DNA of 63,909 nt, counting the filler, from Candidatus Fermentibacterota bacterium (GTDB lineage Bacteria > JAFGKV01): the NCBI GenBank assembly GCA_016928395.1. It is 6 parts of 6 records of this genome, joined end to end, with 100 filler letters (N's around TTAATTAATTAA, not from the genome) between each part and the next. Parts side by side here need not be neighbours in the genome. Positions count along the whole stretch, not along the records: positions 32,660 to 48,059 come from JAFGKV010000221.1; 5 more parts are not named here. The stretch is one strand, 5' to 3'. Numbering within the stretch: the stretch's first letter is position 1; the number at the start of each line of letters is the position of its first letter. Below are positions 38,429-48,159 of the stretch, in pieces. The notes beneath the pieces were generated by a model, which worked only from the letters and a program-made list of their open reading frames with translations, made no database searches and was not told the origin of the DNA. The translations under genes were made by a program, and so were the position numbers.

Positions 38429-38506
38429 CACCCTTGAGCAGCGTGAGTGCGCCCGGCGCCCGCGGAGGCCCCCTGAACCCTGGCTCCTCACTCCTCACTC
38501 CTATCT
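38429..38506 (-). repeat. Reverse-strand copy of the mosaic-island core with GAGTGAG heptamers
   Basis: Minus strand reads GGGTTCAGGGGGCCTCCGCGGGCGCCGGGCGCACTCACGCTGCTCAAGGGTG. Confidence 0.6.
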
Positions 38507-38553
38507 CGCCCCGGCCTGAACTCTGCGGGATCCTCGCCTGACAGGGCTGTTTC

Positions 38554-38613
38554 TTGACAGCTCCGCCGGAGAAGGGTATATAGGATTTGTCCTATATATG
38601 ACACGTCCTATAC
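38554..38613 (+). promoter_or_regulatory. Promoter with tandem PadR-type operators
   Basis: TTGACA-17-TATATA; palindrome TATATAGGA-N4-TCCTATATA (38577-38598) overlapping a second site TATATGACACGTCCTATA. Confidence 0.75.
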
Positions 38614-38631
38614 CCCATCCATGGAGTTGCC

Positions 38632-39195
38632 ATGTCATTGGATCACGCCGTCCTTGGGTTTCTCACCTATGGCCCGTCCACGGGCTACGACCTCAAGAAG
38701 TTGTTCGACAGCACGGTTCGCCACTTCTGGCCGGCGGACCAGAGCCAGATCTACCGTACCCTCGCACGCTTGGGCGCCCAGGGCTTTGTCGCTCATGAGC
38801 TGATCGACCAGGATCCCCTTCCTGATCGCAAGGTCTACTCTCTGACCGAGGACGGCCGGGCGGAGTTCCTTCGCTGGCTTGCGGCACCCCACGCGCCCGA
38901 CCCGGTGAGGGAGGGTTCGCTGATTCAGGTGTTTTTCGCGGGCCACCTGAGTGATGAGGAGATCCTTCGACTGGCGAAACTGCAGGCCAAGGGGTTGCGG
39001 CAGCGCATACGGACCCTGGAAGGTTTGTGCCCGTTGCTGGAAGAGCACGCCTCCCAGATCGGTACTCGGCGGGATGCGTTCTTCTGGGGAGTGACCTTGG
39101 AGCACGGCCTCTTGATGAATCGCGCGGCGCTTCGATGGATCGAGAATGTCATCAAACGGCTCAAGACTCCGGGCCAGACACCCGTCGCGTCCTGA
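38632..39195 (+). CDS. PadR family transcriptional regulator (AphA-like, C-terminal helical domain)
   Basis: GPSTGYDL, FWPADQSQIYRTL and RKVYSLTEDG motifs. Confidence 0.92.
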   Translation: MSLDHAVLGFLTYGPSTGYDLKKLFDSTVRHFWPADQSQIYRTLARLGAQGFVAHELIDQDPLPDRKVYSLTEDGRAEFLRWLAAPHAPDPVREGSLIQVFFAGHLSDEEILRLAKLQAKGLRQRIRTLEGLCPLLEEHASQIGTRRDAFFWGVTLEHGLLMNRAALRWIENVIKRLKTPGQTPVAS

Positions 39196-39235
39196 CACCG
39201 CGCCGCTTCGCTCTCATCCGGTGGAAAGAGACGCC

Positions 39236-41521
39236 ATGCGCCGGGTTCCGCACATACTGCTGATCATGGGGCTGATGTCGGTGTGTGCGGCCGCATCACC
39301 CGTCGGCTCCATTCGGGGCTCTGTGGTAGACGCCGTCACTCGGGCACCCCTGGGAGGTGCCAATGTCATGCTTGCGGCCACGGACCGCGGCGCCGTCGCA
39401 GACTCCGGCGGCGTGTTCGTCATCGAGGCCGTTCCTGCCGGTCCGTACACCCTGCAGGTCTCATTCATAGGATACGGCGACATCATGAAGCCTGATGTCA
39501 TCGTGCGTTCGGGCAGGATCACCACCGTGGCGGTGCAGCTCTCGCCCCAGGCTGTCCAGGGCCAGGGCATTACCATCACCGCCGGGTATTTCGCCGAGGA
39601 TGCCGAGCAACTCCCCAGTACTGTCGGCTTCTCCTATGAGGAGATTCGGCGCGCACCAGGGTCGGGGGGAGACATCTGCCGCATCGTCGCCGGGTTGCCC
39701 AGCCTCGCAAAGGTGGATGATCAGAAGAACAGCCTCATTGTCCGGGGCGGCAGCCCCATGGAGAACGCCTTCTTCCTTGACGGCATCGAGGTGCCCAATA
39801 TCAATCACTTTCCTTCCCAGGCCTCGTCCGGCGGCCCCATCAGCATTCTCAATGTCGACCTCATCCAGGACGTCAGGTTCCATGCCGGGGGATTCTCCGC
39901 CGCCTATGGCGACCGGCTTTCTTCGGTGATGGACATTGCGTTGCGCCAGGGCAACCGCAGCCAGTTCGATGCCCAGCTTGACTTGAACTTCACGGGATTC
40001 GGCGCGGTGGTGGAAGGCCCCTTGGTTTCCGAACGGGGCTCATGGCTGGTGTCCGCCCGGCGCAGCTACCTGGACCTCCTCATCGGCGCCATTGACGTCG
40101 GCGCGACCATCGCCCCCCGATACGGCGACTATCAGGCCAAGGTGGCGTATGATCTCTCCGGTGCCCACACGGTGAGCGGCCTCGCCGTCTGGAGTGATGA
40201 TCGTATGACTTCCGATCAGGAGCAGGCCATTGAAAACGATATGGTCTACTTCGGCGACCAGGATCTGCTGGTGGGAACCACCGGTGTGACGTGGCGGGCT
40301 CTCTGGAACCGGAACGGCTACTCAACGACCTCGATCTCCCACACGATTCAGCGGTTCTCCGAGGATTTCTACGAGGCTGGCTCGCAGGCGCAACTTCTGA
40401 AGAACCGCTCCACCGAACAGGCATGGCGTCTCAGGAATACCAACCAGTTCAGGCTGAGCGATGCCAATCGCATCGAGTTCGGCATCGAGGCGGCCCGAGT
40501 GGTGAACGACTACGACAATCACTATGCCGCCTATACCAGCGCCGTGGGCGACACCGTGCCGGCCAGCGCACTGGACGCCCGCCACTCCGCCACGACGTTT
40601 GGCGTGTTCGTATCGCATCAGATCGATCCCCTGCCGCGGCTTTCCGTCACCGTGGGGACTCGCCTCGACCGATCCGCCGCCGCGAACTGGCACCTGTCGC
40701 CCCGGGCGGGCCTTGCCCTTCAACTGGGCAGCCATACGGTGGTCCATGCCGCCACAGGCGTGTTCCACCAGGGACTTCCCAGCCTGCTTTGGGCCCTCAA
40801 TCACGGTGCGAACCTGAAGGATCCCCGGGCGGTTCACTACATCGCGGGGCTGGAGCACCTGCTCAACGAAAGCACCAAGCTGACGGTAGAAGCCTATGTG
40901 AAAGACTACCGTGATTTCCCCATGGATCCGACACAACCGGGTATGTTCCTCATCGACGAGACACAGTACTGGTTCGGGTTCTACACACCTCACGACACGA
41001 TGGTGAGTGGGGGAAACGCCTCGTCGCGAGGTGTCGAACTCATGGTTCAGAAGAAGCTGGCCAGGGGCCTCTACGGCTTGGCCAGTGGGGCGTATTTCAG
41101 GACCAGATATGAGGGCCTGGACGAGATCTGGCGGGATCGCGTCTGGGACAATCGCATCGTGCTCAGCGCCGAGGGAGGCTGGAAACCCAATTCGCGCTGG
41201 GAGCTGAGCACGCGATGGATCTATGCCGGCGGTCCGCCCTACACGCCCTTCGACATGGCGGCCTCACAGGAACTCAATCGGGCAGTCTTGGATGAGGCCC
41301 GCATCAACGATGCCCGGTATCCCGCCTACCATGCCCTCAACCTGCGTATCGATCGGCGATGGCACTTCCGCGCCTCCAACATCGTGGCCTACCTGAGCAT
41401 ATGGAATTCGTACAATCGCCGGAACGTCGCCAGTTACTTCTGGAATCAACACGAGAACCGCCCGGGCACCATCTACCAGTGGGGCGCCCTGCCCGTCCTC
41501 GGTATTGAGTATGAGTTCTGA
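39236..41521 (+). CDS. TonB-dependent receptor with carboxypeptidase-like N-terminal domain
   Basis: GSVVDA..PLGGANV, VRGGSPMEN, YGDRLSSV; C-terminal EYEF. Confidence 0.9.
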   Translation: MRRVPHILLIMGLMSVCAAASPVGSIRGSVVDAVTRAPLGGANVMLAATDRGAVADSGGVFVIEAVPAGPYTLQVSFIGYGDIMKPDVIVRSGRITTVAVQLSPQAVQGQGITITAGYFAEDAEQLPSTVGFSYEEIRRAPGSGGDICRIVAGLPSLAKVDDQKNSLIVRGGSPMENAFFLDGIEVPNINHFPSQASSGGPISILNVDLIQDVRFHAGGFSAAYGDRLSSVMDIALRQGNRSQFDAQLDLNFTGFGAVVEGPLVSERGSWLVSARRSYLDLLIGAIDVGATIAPRYGDYQAKVAYDLSGAHTVSGLAVWSDDRMTSDQEQAIENDMVYFGDQDLLVGTTGVTWRALWNRNGYSTTSISHTIQRFSEDFYEAGSQAQLLKNRSTEQAWRLRNTNQFRLSDANRIEFGIEAARVVNDYDNHYAAYTSAVGDTVPASALDARHSATTFGVFVSHQIDPLPRLSVTVGTRLDRSAAANWHLSPRAGLALQLGSHTVVHAATGVFHQGLPSLLWALNHGANLKDPRAVHYIAGLEHLLNESTKLTVEAYVKDYRDFPMDPTQPGMFLIDETQYWFGFYTPHDTMVSGGNASSRGVELMVQKKLARGLYGLASGAYFRTRYEGLDEIWRDRVWDNRIVLSAEGGWKPNSRWELSTRWIYAGGPPYTPFDMAASQELNRAVLDEARINDARYPAYHALNLRIDRRWHFRASNIVAYLSIWNSYNRRNVASYFWNQHENRPGTIYQWGALPVLGIEYEF

Positions 41522-41645
41522 GGAAGACTCATCGCTTGTTCCCACGTTTCAACGTTCGAACGAATCGGCATAGCCGGCCGCGGCCTTCCATCGCCACGGC
41601 TGTCCTCAAGGATCCCGAAGTCTTTTAGGCAGGCGTCAGCGGATC

Positions 41646-41674
41646 TTGATATGAACTAACTGTTTAGTTATACT
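41646..41674 (+). promoter_or_regulatory. Sigma70 promoter with TetR-type operator in the spacer
   Basis: TTGATA-17-TATACT; palindrome AACTAA-N4-TTAGTT at 41654-41669. Confidence 0.75.
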
Positions 41675-41704
41675 ATTCGGTAGGTTTCACCACTCATTCA
41701 GTCA

Positions 41705-42367
41705 ATGGAGGGCTTCATGGCTCCTTCAGGTGCCCAAGAGCGCCGTGCCGAGACGCGGGACAAGATCCTGGCCGCGGCCGCGGACGTCTTCGCCGAGCGC
41801 GGGTTTGCCGGCGCGAGCGTGGATGAGATGGCCCGACGATCGGGTGTGAACAAGGCGATGCTGTACTACCATGTAGGTGACAAGCAGGCGCTCTACACCG
41901 CAGTGCTGGCGCGGAACATCGATCATGTCAAGGGAGTGCTTTCTTCCGCCATAGACGCTGCCGACGGGCCGGCGGAACGCCTCACCGCCATGCTCTATTC
42001 ACTGACCACCATCGTGCGCGAGGCGCCGGCCTACCACCGGCTCGTGCTCCGGGAGATGGCCAGCGGGGGCGCTCATCTGGAGCATGAGATCCTGATCCGG
42101 TTTGTGGGTATCGTGGGTCTCACCCGGAAGGTATTGGATGAGGGCCGGGCCGCGGGCCTATTCCGCGATCTCAACCCCTTCTTGATTCATCTCCTCTTGA
42201 TCGGCGGCGTCATTGCGACGGCGGCGCAGCCCCTGCGCCGGAGGCTGATCGAATCCGGGTTGTTTTCCACCGAAGCGTCGGGCGCCATGCCGGATCCGGC
42301 CGCATTCGTGGCCGATGTGATCATGAATGGTATTCGAGTGCCGGCTTCCGGAGGTGTATCCTTATGA
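41705..42367 (+). CDS. TetR/AcrR family regulator
   Basis: ILAAAADVFAERGF...GVNKAMLYYH helix-turn-helix. Confidence 0.92.
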   Translation: MEGFMAPSGAQERRAETRDKILAAAADVFAERGFAGASVDEMARRSGVNKAMLYYHVGDKQALYTAVLARNIDHVKGVLSSAIDAADGPAERLTAMLYSLTTIVREAPAYHRLVLREMASGGAHLEHEILIRFVGIVGLTRKVLDEGRAAGLFRDLNPFLIHLLLIGGVIATAAQPLRRRLIESGLFSTEASGAMPDPAAFVADVIMNGIRVPASGGVSL

Positions 42368-43335
42368 TGCGGGGCTCCTTTCTCTTTCTCTCTTTGGTTC
42401 TCATGATACGCTGCGGCGGCAACCATGGTGGCACGATCCGCGCCTCGGGCCATATCGAGGCGACGGACGTGCGGGTCGCCGCCAAGGTGGGCGGCCGTCT
42501 GGCAGCCGTGCTAGTCCAGGAAGGCGATTCGGTGCAGGCAGGCCAGCTCGTTGCCCAGATCGATACCGTGGATGCCGCCTTGGAATTGGCCCGCGCGCAG
42601 GCCGAACTGGCCAGAGCCGATGCACAGCTGCGACTCCTGGAAGCAGGTTCGCGACGGGAGGATCTGACCCGGGCTACGGAGGAGGTTGCCCGAGCCGAGG
42701 CGGAGCTCCACGCCGCCCAGCGTGACCTGGCGAGGTTGGAGACATTGGCCTCCCAGGGCGCCGCGACCCCCAAGGCATTGGACGATGCCCGAACCCGGCG
42801 AGATATCGCCGACCGTTCGTTCAGGGCCGTACGGGCCGCACAGGAACGCGTGGCCACGGGCGCACGGGTGGAGGAAGTGGATATGGCGCGGGCCCAAAGG
42901 GATGCCGCCCAGGCCATGACCGATGCAGTCGCACAACGCCGTGCCGATACGGAGATACGGTCTCCATTGCGCGGGGTTGTGACGGTCCGTGCAGCCGAGC
43001 CGGGAGAGATCATCCCGCCCGGCGGGCTCATCTGCGTGGTGAGCGATCTGGCCAATCCCTGGCTCGTGGTCTATCTGGATGAACCCTCGTTGGGGAGAGT
43101 ACGGTTGCGCGACACGGTGGAGGTTCGGGTCGACGGCGTGGATGAGGCCATGGCTGGCGTGCTGATTCATGTGGCCTCGGTGGCCGAGTTCACACCCAAG
43201 AACGTCCAGACCCCACACGAGCGGGCAAAGCTCGTGTACAAGGCCAAGGTCTTGCTGCAGAACCCCGTGGGCACCTTCAAGCCGGGGATGCCCGCCGATG
43301 CAATCTTCACGGCACAGGAGGGCCGGGGTTCATGA
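42364..43335 (+). CDS. HlyD-family membrane fusion protein (YbhG-like)
   Basis: SGHIEA, EGDSVQAGQ, AEFTPKNVQT and KPGMPAD motifs. Confidence 0.9.
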   Translation: MMRGSFLFLSLVLMIRCGGNHGGTIRASGHIEATDVRVAAKVGGRLAAVLVQEGDSVQAGQLVAQIDTVDAALELARAQAELARADAQLRLLEAGSRREDLTRATEEVARAEAELHAAQRDLARLETLASQGAATPKALDDARTRRDIADRSFRAVRAAQERVATGARVEEVDMARAQRDAAQAMTDAVAQRRADTEIRSPLRGVVTVRAAEPGEIIPPGGLICVVSDLANPWLVVYLDEPSLGRVRLRDTVEVRVDGVDEAMAGVLIHVASVAEFTPKNVQTPHERAKLVYKAKVLLQNPVGTFKPGMPADAIFTAQEGRGS

Positions 43336-44267
43336 CGAACCAGGCCCTCGTCTCGGCCGAGGGCCTCGTGGTACGGTATGGCATCACCGAGGCCGTGCGA
43401 GGGATCAGCCTCTCCGTACACGAAGGCGAAGTGGTCGGGCTGATCGGCCCCGACGGCGCAGGCAAGACCTCGACGCTCCGGGTGATCGCCGGGCTCCATC
43501 CGGCCACCGCAGGCACGGTTACCGTGCTCGGCCGTGACGCATGGCGCCATCGCCGGGCTCTACATCTCTCTCTTGGGTATCTGGCACAACGCTTTGCGCT
43601 GTACGGAGATCTCACCGTCGACGAGAACATGCAGTTCTTCGCGCTCCTGTTGGGCGTGCCCCAATGGGAGTCTCGCAGAGACGAACTCCTGGGTCGGGTC
43701 GGACTCACGCGGTTTCATACTCGGCTCGCGGATCACCTGTCTGGCGGCATGCGACAGAAGCTGGCCCTTGCCGTGAGCCTGATGCATGCACCGCGGATCC
43801 TGCTGCTCGATGAGTCCACCACCGGTGTCGATCCGATCACGCGCAGGGAGTTCTGGAATCTGCTCGCCGATCTGGTGGCCGAAGGACTCACGTTGGTGCT
43901 GGCTACGCCCTACCTCGATGAGGCTGAACGCTGTTCCCGCGTGGTGCTCATGCACCGTGGCAACATCCTCGCGGAAGGGGAACCGCAGGCGCTGGCCTCC
44001 CTTATCCCCGGGGCGGTCTTCGAGGTGGCGGCCACGCCGCGGCATCAGGCAGGCAGAGCCCTACAGCATTGCCCCGGAATCGTAGACGTCCAGCCGTTTG
44101 CGGCACGATTCCACGTGCGCGTGGCATCCCCTGAGGGGGGTGCGGAACACATCCGTGGCGCGCTGGAGGCGGCGGGATGCGATGTTGAAGACCTGCGCCC
44201 GACCCTCCCCAGGCTCGAAGACGTGTTCCTCCATCTTACTCAGGCGGCCAACCGCAATCAGGAGTGA
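43332..44267 (+). CDS. ABC transporter ATP-binding protein
   Basis: GPDGAGKT, LSGGM and LLLDE motifs. Confidence 0.93.
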   Translation: MTNQALVSAEGLVVRYGITEAVRGISLSVHEGEVVGLIGPDGAGKTSTLRVIAGLHPATAGTVTVLGRDAWRHRRALHLSLGYLAQRFALYGDLTVDENMQFFALLLGVPQWESRRDELLGRVGLTRFHTRLADHLSGGMRQKLALAVSLMHAPRILLLDESTTGVDPITRREFWNLLADLVAEGLTLVLATPYLDEAERCSRVVLMHRGNILAEGEPQALASLIPGAVFEVAATPRHQAGRALQHCPGIVDVQPFAARFHVRVASPEGGAEHIRGALEAAGCDVEDLRPTLPRLEDVFLHLTQAANRNQE

Positions 44268-44271
44268 TCCC

Positions 44272-45207
44272 GTGCACCAATCCTCCCCCGTAATCTGCCG
44301 TGAGCTCAGCCGCTCCTTCGGCTCATTCGTGGCGGTGGACCGGGTGTCGTTCGAGGTCAAGGGGGGTGAGATCTTTGGGTTCCTGGGCTCCAACGGCGCG
44401 GGAAAGACCACCACGATCCGCATGCTGTGCGGCCTGCTGCGGCCCAGCGGGGGGCATGCTGAAGTTATGGGGTTCGACGTGGCGACACAGGCGCGGGAGG
44501 TCAAACGCCGCGTCGGCTATATGTCACAGCGCTTCTCGCTGTATCGTGATCTCACCGTGCGGGAAAACCTGGCGTTCTGGGGCGGCGCCTACGGCCTTCG
44601 GGGCGTGCGGCTTCAATCCAGGATCGACTGGGCCGTGAACATCGGCGGGCTCTCGGGCGCCACCCGGGCCTTGGTGCGCGACCTTCCCGGAGGCTTCGCG
44701 CAGCGGCTCGCCTTGGGATGTGCCTTGCTCCACGAACCACCCGTTGTCTTTCTCGACGAGCCCACGGGAGGCGTCGACGCAGAGGCCCGGAGGCGATTCT
44801 GGGACCTGATCGATGATCTCGCGGACTCTGGCACGACTGTGTTTGTCACCACCCACTACATGGACGAGGCTGAACGCTGCCACCGCGTCGCCCTCATGCA
44901 CGAGGGGCGCCTCCTGGCGTTGGACAGCGTGCCCCGGCTGCGGGACGTGTTCTCCAGGGACGCGCTGGTCGAGGTCCGGTGTCCCAAAGCTGCCCAGGCC
45001 ATGGCCGTTCTTGAGGGAATCCCCGGGGTGACTGAGGTCGCGCTCTTCGGTGCACGTCTGCACGCGGTACTGGGTTCGCCACACCTGCAAGCCCGGGTGC
45101 AGGCGACACTGGAAGGCGCAGGCTTCGCCCCCACCATGGTCGAGGGCATCGTGCCGTCGCTGGAAGATGTGTTCATTCACATCATCGGTTCGGGGGCCGC
45201 GGCATGA
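44272..45207 (+). CDS. ABC transporter ATP-binding protein
   Basis: GSNGAGKT, FLDEPT and THYMDEAE motifs; GTG start after AGGAG. Confidence 0.92.
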   Translation: MHQSSPVICRELSRSFGSFVAVDRVSFEVKGGEIFGFLGSNGAGKTTTIRMLCGLLRPSGGHAEVMGFDVATQAREVKRRVGYMSQRFSLYRDLTVRENLAFWGGAYGLRGVRLQSRIDWAVNIGGLSGATRALVRDLPGGFAQRLALGCALLHEPPVVFLDEPTGGVDAEARRRFWDLIDDLADSGTTVFVTTHYMDEAERCHRVALMHEGRLLALDSVPRLRDVFSRDALVEVRCPKAAQAMAVLEGIPGVTEVALFGARLHAVLGSPHLQARVQATLEGAGFAPTMVEGIVPSLEDVFIHIIGSGAAA

Positions 45208-46307
45208 TCCGGCGGATTCTGGCCATGGCAGTGAAGGAGTTCCTTCATCTCAAGCGCGATCGCCGGACAACCTTGCTCCTTTTGGGCATGCCCGCAGTAT
45301 TGCTGGTGTTCTACGGCTTTGCGCTCTCCTTCGATGTGGAGCATATCCGACTCGCGATAATCGATCAGGACAACAGCGCCGCCAGCCGCGGGGTTCACAG
45401 CGCTTTCCTTCGATGCGGATTCTTCGACCTCGTGTGGAGGGGGCGCGATCCTCGTGCTCTCGATCGTCTCCTGGATACCGGCCGGGCCCAGGCCGCGGTG
45501 GTGATCCCTCCGGGGTATGGCGCCGCGCTGAGCGCCGGACGGGGCACCTCGCTGCAGTTCGTGCTCGACGGCGCCGATGCCCGGATGGCGACCACGGTGC
45601 TGGGCTATGCCCGTCAGATCGCGGTATCCATCAGTCCCGTAATGTATTCGGGCGGGCGGCTCGGGCCCGTCACCGCCGTTGTTCGGGTATGGTTCAATCC
45701 GAATCTGTCGTCCCCGGTATTCCTCCTACCGGGTCTGGTGGCCTTCATCATGGCCATTTCCGCTGTTGTTGCCACCGCCCTGGCCGTGGCCAGGGAGAAG
45801 GAGCGCGGCACGATCGAGGCCCTCCGTGCCACCCCGCTTAAGGCCATCGAACTCATAGTGGGAAAGACGATTCCCTACTTCGTCATCGGGATCGCAGCGG
45901 CGACCTTCTGCCTCGCCGCCGCCTGGGCCGTCTTCGGCATGCCCATGGAGGGCTCCCTGCTGTGGTTGGCCTTGGTGACGATCCTTTTCCTGGCGGGAAG
46001 CCTGGGCTGGGGCGTGTTCATATCCACCGTGGCCGATTCGCAGCAGGTCGCCTTCCAGTTGGGATTGATAAGCTCCATGCTGCCAAACATGCTGCTCTCG
46101 GGGTTCATCTTTCCCATTTCATCGATGCCCGTGGTCTTGCGCGCCATCACCCATGTCGTCCCTGCCCGCTACTTTCTCGCGGCGCTGCGGGAGATCGTGC
46201 TGAAAGGCGCCGGCATCGGGGTCTGGTGGCAGGATGCTCTGGGCCTGCTGGCGTTCACTGTCGCGATCCTCGTATTCGCCACCGCCAGGATGGTCAGGAG
46301 CCTGTGA
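45204..46307 (+). CDS. ABC-2 type permease (YbhS-like)
   Basis: KEF..L.RD, REKERGTIE and LSGFIFPI motifs. Confidence 0.92.
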   Translation: MIRRILAMAVKEFLHLKRDRRTTLLLLGMPAVLLVFYGFALSFDVEHIRLAIIDQDNSAASRGVHSAFLRCGFFDLVWRGRDPRALDRLLDTGRAQAAVVIPPGYGAALSAGRGTSLQFVLDGADARMATTVLGYARQIAVSISPVMYSGGRLGPVTAVVRVWFNPNLSSPVFLLPGLVAFIMAISAVVATALAVAREKERGTIEALRATPLKAIELIVGKTIPYFVIGIAAATFCLAAAWAVFGMPMEGSLLWLALVTILFLAGSLGWGVFISTVADSQQVAFQLGLISSMLPNMLLSGFIFPISSMPVVLRAITHVVPARYFLAALREIVLKGAGIGVWWQDALGLLAFTVAILVFATARMVRSL

Positions 46308-47398
46308 TGCACGCGGTGCTCGTGGTGGTGCGCAAGGAGCTGGCCCAGCTCCGCCGCGATCCAAAGATCCTGCCGTTACTCTTTCTAGCCCCGGTTCTGC
46401 AGATGCTCATCCTGGGATATGCCGTCACCACGGACGTCACGCACGTGGAGCTGGCGGTATGTGATCTCGACCGGACTCCGCTGAGCAGACGGCTCATCGA
46501 TGCATTCATTAGTTCGCGGTACTTTCGGGTGACCGCCCGGGTGGCATCGCAGCCCGAGATAGACCGGCTCCTGCAGGACGGCTCCGCCAAGGTCGCCCTG
46601 ACGATTCCCGCGGGCTTCGCGGCGGAACGACAGTCGGGGAGGCCGGGCGCAGTGCAGCTCCTTGCCGATGGGGCAGACCCCTCCAGCGGCACTATCGGCC
46701 TGGCCTATGCGGCGAACGTGTTGGCCGGGCTGACGGCCGAGAGCGTGACCCCGTTGGTCGAGCTCCGCCCGGTGGTGCGTTACAACCCCGATCTGCTGAG
46801 TAAGAATTTCATGGTTCCCGGGACGCTGGCCATGATACTCATGGTGATGACCATGATGCTCACCGGCATGGCATTGGTTCGCGAGACGGAGATCGACACC
46901 ATGGAACAGCTCTTGGTCACACCGCTCAAGCCGGAGGCGCTGATCGTGGGGAAACTCCTGGCCTACGCGTCAGTGGCCATCGTCGAGATTCTCTCCGCCC
47001 TCCCGGTCGTGTTGTTCTGGTTCAAGGTGCCCCTGCGGGGATCATTCCCGACCCTCATGGGCCTGTCGCTCTTGTTCATGCTGTGCACGCTGGGTATCGG
47101 TCTTCTCGTCTCGACGCTGGCGCGCACCCAGCAGCAGGCCATGATGATCACAGCCTTCGTATTCATGCTGCCCCAGATCTACCTGTCGGGGTTTGCCTTC
47201 CCTCTGCAGAACATGCCACGGATCTTCCAGCTCATCAGCTATGCGGTACCCCTGCGCTACTACGTCACGATCCTCCGCGGCGTGTTCCTGAAAGGGGTTG
47301 GCATCTGCGTGCTCTGGCCCCAGGCGCTGGCACTACTGGGCCTGGGCCTCGCCATCCTCACCCTGGCGAGGCTCAGGTTCCGAAAGCAGCTCGGCTAG
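46307..47398 (+). CDS. ABC-2 type permease (YbhR-like)
   Basis: KELAQLRRD, TMEQLLVTP and LSGFAFP motifs. Confidence 0.92.
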   Translation: MHAVLVVVRKELAQLRRDPKILPLLFLAPVLQMLILGYAVTTDVTHVELAVCDLDRTPLSRRLIDAFISSRYFRVTARVASQPEIDRLLQDGSAKVALTIPAGFAAERQSGRPGAVQLLADGADPSSGTIGLAYAANVLAGLTAESVTPLVELRPVVRYNPDLLSKNFMVPGTLAMILMVMTMMLTGMALVRETEIDTMEQLLVTPLKPEALIVGKLLAYASVAIVEILSALPVVLFWFKVPLRGSFPTLMGLSLLFMLCTLGIGLLVSTLARTQQQAMMITAFVFMLPQIYLSGFAFPLQNMPRIFQLISYAVPLRYYVTILRGVFLKGVGICVLWPQALALLGLGLAILTLARLRFRKQLG

Positions 47399-47529
47399 TG
47401 CCATCCCCCTCGCCGCGCAGGTCGCCGATTACCTGGCGCGCCACAATCAGCCGTTCGCTCGCGTGCTGGATCCCGGCGTCTGGGCGCAGGCAAGCCTGCG
47501 CACTCCATAGCGTGCCGGGTTCCATTTGC

Positions 47530-47602
47530 CGGAAGAGATCGCGGCGATTCCGAGGGAACGCCCTCACCGGCGAGTTCAGTACATTTCACGCCGGTGTCGA
47601 CA
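47530..47602 (-). mobile_element. IS21-like terminal inverted repeat (right)
   Basis: Minus strand TGTCGACACCGGCGTGAAATGTACTGAACTCGCCGGTGAGGGCGTTCCCT aligns with the sequence from 38324. Confidence 0.5.
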
Positions 47603-47641
47603 CGCCCAGCGCGTACGCTGGATTTGTCTGGTTGGGTGCCC

Positions 47642-47965
47642 CTATTTCGCGGCCAGTTCCAAGGCGTCGTGCACCCACGCATTCAGGCTCTTGTGCTCCT
47701 TCTTGGCATGGATCGCGACGGCCATGTGCAACTCGGGTTCGACCCGGACCATGAACTTCCCGGAATAGGGCTTTTCGGGTGACTCACCACGCTCGGCACA
47801 GAACTCAAGGTAGTCATCCACAGAATCCCGGAAGGCCTTGCGCAGTTGCCGCACCGTTGCCCCCTGGAACGTCACGACATCCCGAAGGTTGATAACCTCG
47901 CCATGGAAGATGTCAGCCTCGTCGTCGAACTCGACCTGCCCAATATACCCTTTGTACTCCATCAT
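47642..47965 (-). CDS. hicB: HicB family antitoxin
   Basis: MEYKGY..VEFD, FQG, SVDDYL, PEKPYSGKF and SLNAWV motifs. Confidence 0.92.
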   Translation of the reverse strand: MMEYKGYIGQVEFDDEADIFHGEVINLRDVVTFQGATVRQLRKAFRDSVDDYLEFCAERGESPEKPYSGKFMVRVEPELHMAVAIHAKKEHKSLNAWVHDALELAAK

Positions 47966-48033
47966 GATGTCACCTCGGCTTCCTTCAAGAACCTGCGCAC
48001 CGAACTCACGGCTCCTTTGTCCGTAACCCGCTG
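47962..48033 (-). pseudogene. hicA: 3' fragment of HicA toxin
   Basis: QRVTDKGAVSSVRRFLKEAEVTS* with ATGA overlap into hicB; the 8 upstream codons before the gap are not HicA-like. Confidence 0.65.
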
Positions 48034-48059
48034 ACGCGCACTTCCACCATTACTCCTAA

Positions 48060-48159
48060 NNNNNNNNNNNNNNNNNNNNNNNNNNNNNNNNNNNNNNNNN
48101 NNNTTAATTAATTAANNNNNNNNNNNNNNNNNNNNNNNNNNNNNNNNNNNNNNNNNNNN
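48060..48159. other. Artificial contig spacer
   Basis: N run with TTAATTAATTAA. Confidence 0.99.
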
